Positions 50,705 to 55,102 of a stretch of 55,102 nt of DNA are shown here, one piece after another. The first letter of the stretch is position 1; each line of letters opens with the position of its first letter. Position numbers and translations under genes: made by a program. The stretch comes from Octopus bimaculoides (lineage: Eukaryota), in assembly GCF_001194135.2 (NCBI RefSeq), contig NC_068996.1:57320829-57375930 (forward strand), in the 5' to 3' direction. The notes beneath the pieces were generated by a model, which ran no database searches, was not told the origin of the DNA, and saw nothing but the letters and a program-made list of their open reading frames with translations.

Positions 50705-50868
50705 CAAATGAATGGCTCAGTGGTTAGAGCATCAGGCTCACAATCATGAGGTAGTGAGTTCAATTCTGGGACTAGCCTGTGTGTTGTGTTCTTGAGCAAG
50801 ACACATTATTTCACGTTGTTCCATTTCACTCAGCAATAGAAATGGGTTGAGATGTCACTGGTGCCAAG

Positions 50869-50870
<2 letters not shown>
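50705..50870 (+). mobile_element. tRNA-derived SINE
   Basis: A box TGGCTCAGTGG, B box GAGTTCAATTCT, then CTTGAGCAAGACAC. Confidence 0.8.
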
Positions 50871-50927
<57 letters not shown>

Positions 50928-50929
50928 AG

Positions 50930-51530
50930 GTCTTTTGTGTGCCCAGGAGGCTCTCTTGAGGTTGCAGATAGTTTCTGTTACCTAGGTGACCAAATTAGTG
51001 GAGGATACTCTGAAAGTTATTGTTTCTAGAATAAGAATAGGATGGAGGAAGTTCAGAGAGTTATTACTTTCTGTTGGCAACAAAAGGACTCCCTCTGAGT
51101 GAAAGGTAGACTGTATGAGGTTTGTGTGCAAATGGCTACACCCCATGATATTGAGACATGGGCTCTGAATGCGGAAGACATGCGTAGACTGGAGAGATAT
51201 GAAGGTAGGATGCTCTACTGGATGTGCAACATCAGTGTGCATGTACGACAAAGTGCAAATGTATTGAGAGAAAAGTTGGGCATAAGAGGGATTAAATGTG
51301 GCATGCAGGAGAGCAGAATGCATTAGTTTGGACATGAGATGCTTATGTGTGAAGACAGTTGTATATAGAAGTGCCTGTCACTGAAAATGGATTGTACCTG
51401 TAGAAGAGAGAGACCCAGGAAGACATGAGATGAAGTGGAGAGGACTGATTTTAGGACGTTTGTGCTCATGGAGGAAATGGACCAAGATGTTTGGTGATTT
51501 GTGGTTCTAATGAAGACCTGCCCACATCAG
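50930..51530 (+). mobile_element. RTE RT C-terminal fragment
   Basis: LEVADSFCYLGDQIS and VKGRLYEVCV...ETWALNAEDMRRLER. Confidence 0.88.
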
Positions 51531-51914
51531 TGAAACTGAGTGCTAGAAATGTTTTGTCCCACCCACATGTAACAACAAACTTTTCACACACCCTACCTCC
51601 AAGAACCTGAACTATATATCCTCTTCTAAACAGCATCTTTCTTCTTTCTCACATTTCCTCCTCATAAACTATGATTGTCTTCCAATCCTGTTACCTGCCC
51701 TTAGTGCCTTCTACCCAGATTTTTACCAGTCACTTCAAACCCAACTCCCTACTTGCACCTTCTTGGCAACACTTGACCATGCATATTACAACCTTCATAA
51801 TAAAGAAAAGACTTTACTCTACCATCACATCTATGCTCTGATCCTTGTTATTTGTAAGCATACCCTGGCATTTTACCATCTCTCTCCTGCTCTCTCTTAC
51901 ACTTTTGCTGTTTC

Positions 51915-51972
<58 letters not shown>

Positions 51973-52149
51973 GGTAACCATGTACCTCCTCTATAGCAAG
52001 ACACCTATTTCTGCCTCCTTATTTGTCTGTCACACTCTAACCTTTCATCATCTGATACGGGATCACCTCCTCCAATGACCCCTCTGTTATAGCAAGACAT
52101 CTGTTTCTGCTGCTCTGTCTCTTTGTCACACTCTAACCTTTCATCTTCT

Positions 52150-52380
52150 TATTTCTTTATTACCCACAAGGGGCTACACACAGAAGGGACAAACAAGGAC
52201 AGACAAATGGATTAAGATGATTATATCGCCCCCAAATGGATTAAGTCGATTATATTGACCCCGAAAGGATGAAAGGCAAAGTCAACTTCGGCAGAATTTG
52301 AACTCAGAATATAGCAGCAGACAAAATGCCGCTAAGCATTTTGCCCGGTGTGCTAATGTTTCTGCCAGCTCACCTCCTTT
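52150..52380 (-). mobile_element. SINE S2
   Basis: GAAAGGATGAAAGGCAAAGTCAACTTCGGCAGAATTTGAACTCAGA...CTGCCAGCTCACC. Confidence 0.85.
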
Positions 52381-52429
52381 CATCTTCTGACACAAGTTCC
52401 CCTTCTCAAATGCCCCTGCCCCCTCTCAT

Positions 52430-52750
52430 AATTCCTTGTCTTGCGAATTACTTGGTGACCCCTGCCAGTGCTGATGCCATGTTAAAAGCATCCAGTCCAC
52501 ACTGTGAAGTGGTCGGCATTTGAAAGGGCATCCAGCGGTGAAAAACCTTGCCAAAACTAACCTCGCCTATGCTAGTATCACATAAAAAGCACTGGGTCCA
52601 ATCTGCAGAGTGGTTGATGTTAGGAAGGGCATCCAGCCTTAAAATCCCTGCCAAAACAGAGTAGCCTAAGGTATTTTTTCTACCTGGCCAGCTCCTGTCA
52701 ACTGTCCTACCTATGCAAGTATGGAATACGGATGTTAAACGATGATGATA
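52430..52750 (+). mobile_element. RTE-tailed repeat
   Basis: GTTAGGAAGGGCATCCAGC...GTATGGAATACGGATGTTAAACGATGATGAT. Confidence 0.7.
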
Positions 52751-52759
52751 TATATGAAT

Positions 52760-54470
52760 ATACTTTTTTTATAAAAGCTGCAAAAACATCACAAAAAACT
52801 GTTACTCAGAGTTTCACGTTTCCATTCATCAGACAGTTGTGCTGAAGAAGTTGAAAATGCACTGGGATTCACTTATATTTTATATCTAAAAATTTTTCAA
52901 GGCTAGCTAATTTCTCAAATTTCCCTGATTTTCAAAAGTTGAGATAGAAAGACATGGAACTATGCTCCTGATTGGAATTCAAAGATTGTCTTGTTTTTAT
53001 AGAGAGAACATGGCTGAAATTAGTATCAGTTTTGGATATGTTTTGATTGGTCAAGGATGATCACGTGATTAGGGTTAGAAATTTTTGTAGGTTCTGTGCT
53101 ATATCCATTCTTTAATATCATATGACAATATGTTTGGTTTCATTAGTTAAAGCTGTCATGATTAAGTGAACATGTCTGGTGACAGTCCTTAGCAATCAAG
53201 GCTATCTGAATTTAATCTATCAAATATAGAAGAGGAAAATCGTAGAAATTTTTGTAGTTTCCCCATGTGACTATATTTTTTGCATGGAAAATCAAGACTG
53301 ACATGGTTGAATAAACATGTCTAGTGATAGTTGGAAAATAAGATTCTCTAAATTTAATCTGTTGAGTGGTAGAGTGGACAGGAGTTGTTTCTATGTAGTC
53401 TGGTGGTTGAATAGTTATGGTTTGTGTTTATGTATGCAGGTATCAAATTTAGCTATTAAATGTCTTTTTTCTAATCATTTAACACTTATGTAACATGTAT
53501 AGTCTGCCAGTTAGCAGTCATGGTTGTGTCCAGTTTAGGTTGTTAGCTGTATAGATTCAACAAACACGAGTTTGTGTGCGAATAGTTGTCGGTGAACGTA
53601 CTTTCATCATCTGATACGGGATCACCTCCTCCAATGACCCCTTCAGTCTTGCTTTGTACTTTTCTATGAATATATTTTCTTTGTTTATTCATGCTTGATC
53701 TGTGATATTGATTGAACAAAGGCAAAGTGGAAAGACTTGGAACTTGAGAGATTAATTATTTGCACATATATCTATGCATCCACTAAGTAGTGTTTGCCTA
53801 GTATTGGGTCTCATATTTGTTGTCTAGTGAATAGTAAGTCTATTTCTAAGAATGAGTTTGTGTTTGACCCATGTAATCCTCGTTATATCTTTTATATTTA
53901 ATAGCATGTATTAAATTTTTTCACAAACAGGTAAAATGATTTTTTTTTTATGGTAAAAATCTATCCTGATTTAAATTTATATTTATTGTCTTCAATGAGT
54001 TTGATGCAAGTTCCACAAATAGGGTGGCCAAACTTTTTGGCTGTTGGTGTGGGGTTTGTTCTAGTTGATAATGTTGTAGACCTCTGTGTTTTCGGGATTG
54101 TGTGTTGTAATAAAGGGTAGAATATTGGGTGTATATGAAATGTTTGTTCTTTTTTTTTTTTTTTCACAATTCTTGAATATCTATATCTTTGGCATGCTCT
54201 ATTCCATTCCCTATTAACATTGACAGGTATTTTCTTTTGGGTAGTATTTGTTTAATTCGTGGAGTCTTTTATTATGAGTTTTAACATTTGAAACAACTGT
54301 GCAGATTCTTCTTGCTCAATTAAAAAGAATATTAGTCTTCATGCGTTTGGTATGGCTTGAGGAGAACAGCAAGTATTGTTTAGAGTCTGTTGGTTTGTAA
54401 TGAATGTCTGTTTCAATGTTTTTGTCTGTTTTGCTGATTAGAATGTCCAGGAATGGTAGTTGAGTTTTAT
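52760..54470 (-). mobile_element. Penelope-like element (LPFLD-type RT, Cys-rich linker, GIY-YIG, 3' UTR, hammerhead)
   Basis: QLPFLDILISK...TDIHYKPTDSKQYLLFSSSH...ARRIC, GHPICGTC, YMGQT and LRNRLTIH. Confidence 0.88.
52797..52838 (-). ncRNA. Minimal type I hammerhead ribozyme, canonical core (family A)
   Basis: AACTGT-CTGATGA-ATG GAAA CGT-GAAAC-TCTGA-GTA-ACAGTT. Confidence 0.82.
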
Positions 54471-54473
54471 GCA

Positions 54474-54690
54474 TACATTGGAGCCTCCGAAAACCAATTT
54501 AAGGTTCGTTATTGCAACCATATCTCCTCATTCCTAAAGATAAGCTGGTGACACACAGCACCACTAGCAGACCTAATATGGAAATTAAAAGAGGGTAAAA
54601 TGAAATATGAAATAGAATGGTCAATAATAAAAAATGTACATCCATATAATATATTATCTGGCATAAGCCTTGTGCATTCTGTTAAGTAAG
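54474..54690 (+). mobile_element. PLE GIY-YIG fragment of the other PLE type
   Basis: YIGASENQFKVRYCNHISSF...LIWKLKEG...EWSII...PY. Confidence 0.82.
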
Positions 54691-54719
54691 GTAAACTTGG
54701 TAAACAAGCATGCAGAGAA

Positions 54720-55102
54720 AATACCAAGATGTTGCTACTGTGCCAAATTTGCATTTTCCGTCTCCTTCCTGGCACTTGTGCTGCAGCGTCGCCTTCCTGG
54801 TACTTATGCTGGTGGCACACGTGAAAAGACATTCAAGCGAGGTTGTTGCCAGTGCCGCCGGACTGGCTCCTGTGCAAGTGGCACGTAAAATACACCGTTT
54901 TGAGCGTGGTTCGTTGCCAATACCACCTGACTGGTCTTTGTGCCGGTGGCACGTAAAAGCACCCACTACACTCTCGGTTGGTGTTAGGAAGGGCATCCAG
55001 CTGTAGAAACTCTGCCAGATCAGATTGGAGCCTGGTGTAGCCACCTGGTTCACCAGTCCTCAGTCAAACCGTCCAACAAAGCACCCACTACACTCTCAGA
55101 GT
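54720..55102 (+). mobile_element. RTE 3' UTR/tail
   Basis: Reverse complement resembles 43050-43440 (GGCACGTAAAAGCACCCACTACACTCTC...GTTAGGAAGGGCATCCAGCTGTAGAAACTCTGCCA). Confidence 0.85.

Noticed and set aside
1-55102. CRISPR arrays, operons or other prokaryotic systems
   Set aside because: No regularly spaced repeat-spacer array and no bacterial-type gene organisation; the sequence is eukaryotic.

Overview
Eukaryotic, AT-rich, repeat-dominated genomic DNA with many N gaps flanked by (TA)n/(TATG)n microsatellites. The repeat repertoire looks like a mollusc, probably an octopus short-read assembly (inference, not verified). There is no prokaryotic feature and no intact long ORF. Most of the ORF track is microsatellite or gap artefact. 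Contents: one convincing host exon (9556-9689, +) and one weak candidate terminal exon (34252-34310). The rest is decayed mobile DNA: several tRNA-derived SINE families; RTE LINE pieces (one family has a PHD-like C4HC3 finger inside the RT region); CR1/L2-group RT pieces; an R4/Dong-like 3' end; a Helitron helicase fragment; Tc1/mariner elements and MITEs; a piggyBac-type MITE; and at least six Penelope-like element (PLE; RT + GIY-YIG) fragments. The most interesting signal is a set of about eleven type I hammerhead ribozyme motifs in roughly six sequence families. Several lie at PLE 3' ends or in head-to-head pairs. Two have intact cores with a long structured stem II, one family appears to carry an ancestral U4-to-C core variant, and one sits in a ~320-340 bp tandem repeat resembling a retrozyme array. 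All folds were read by eye and none was computed. Several local fold-back palindromes (26-121 bp arms) are also present.
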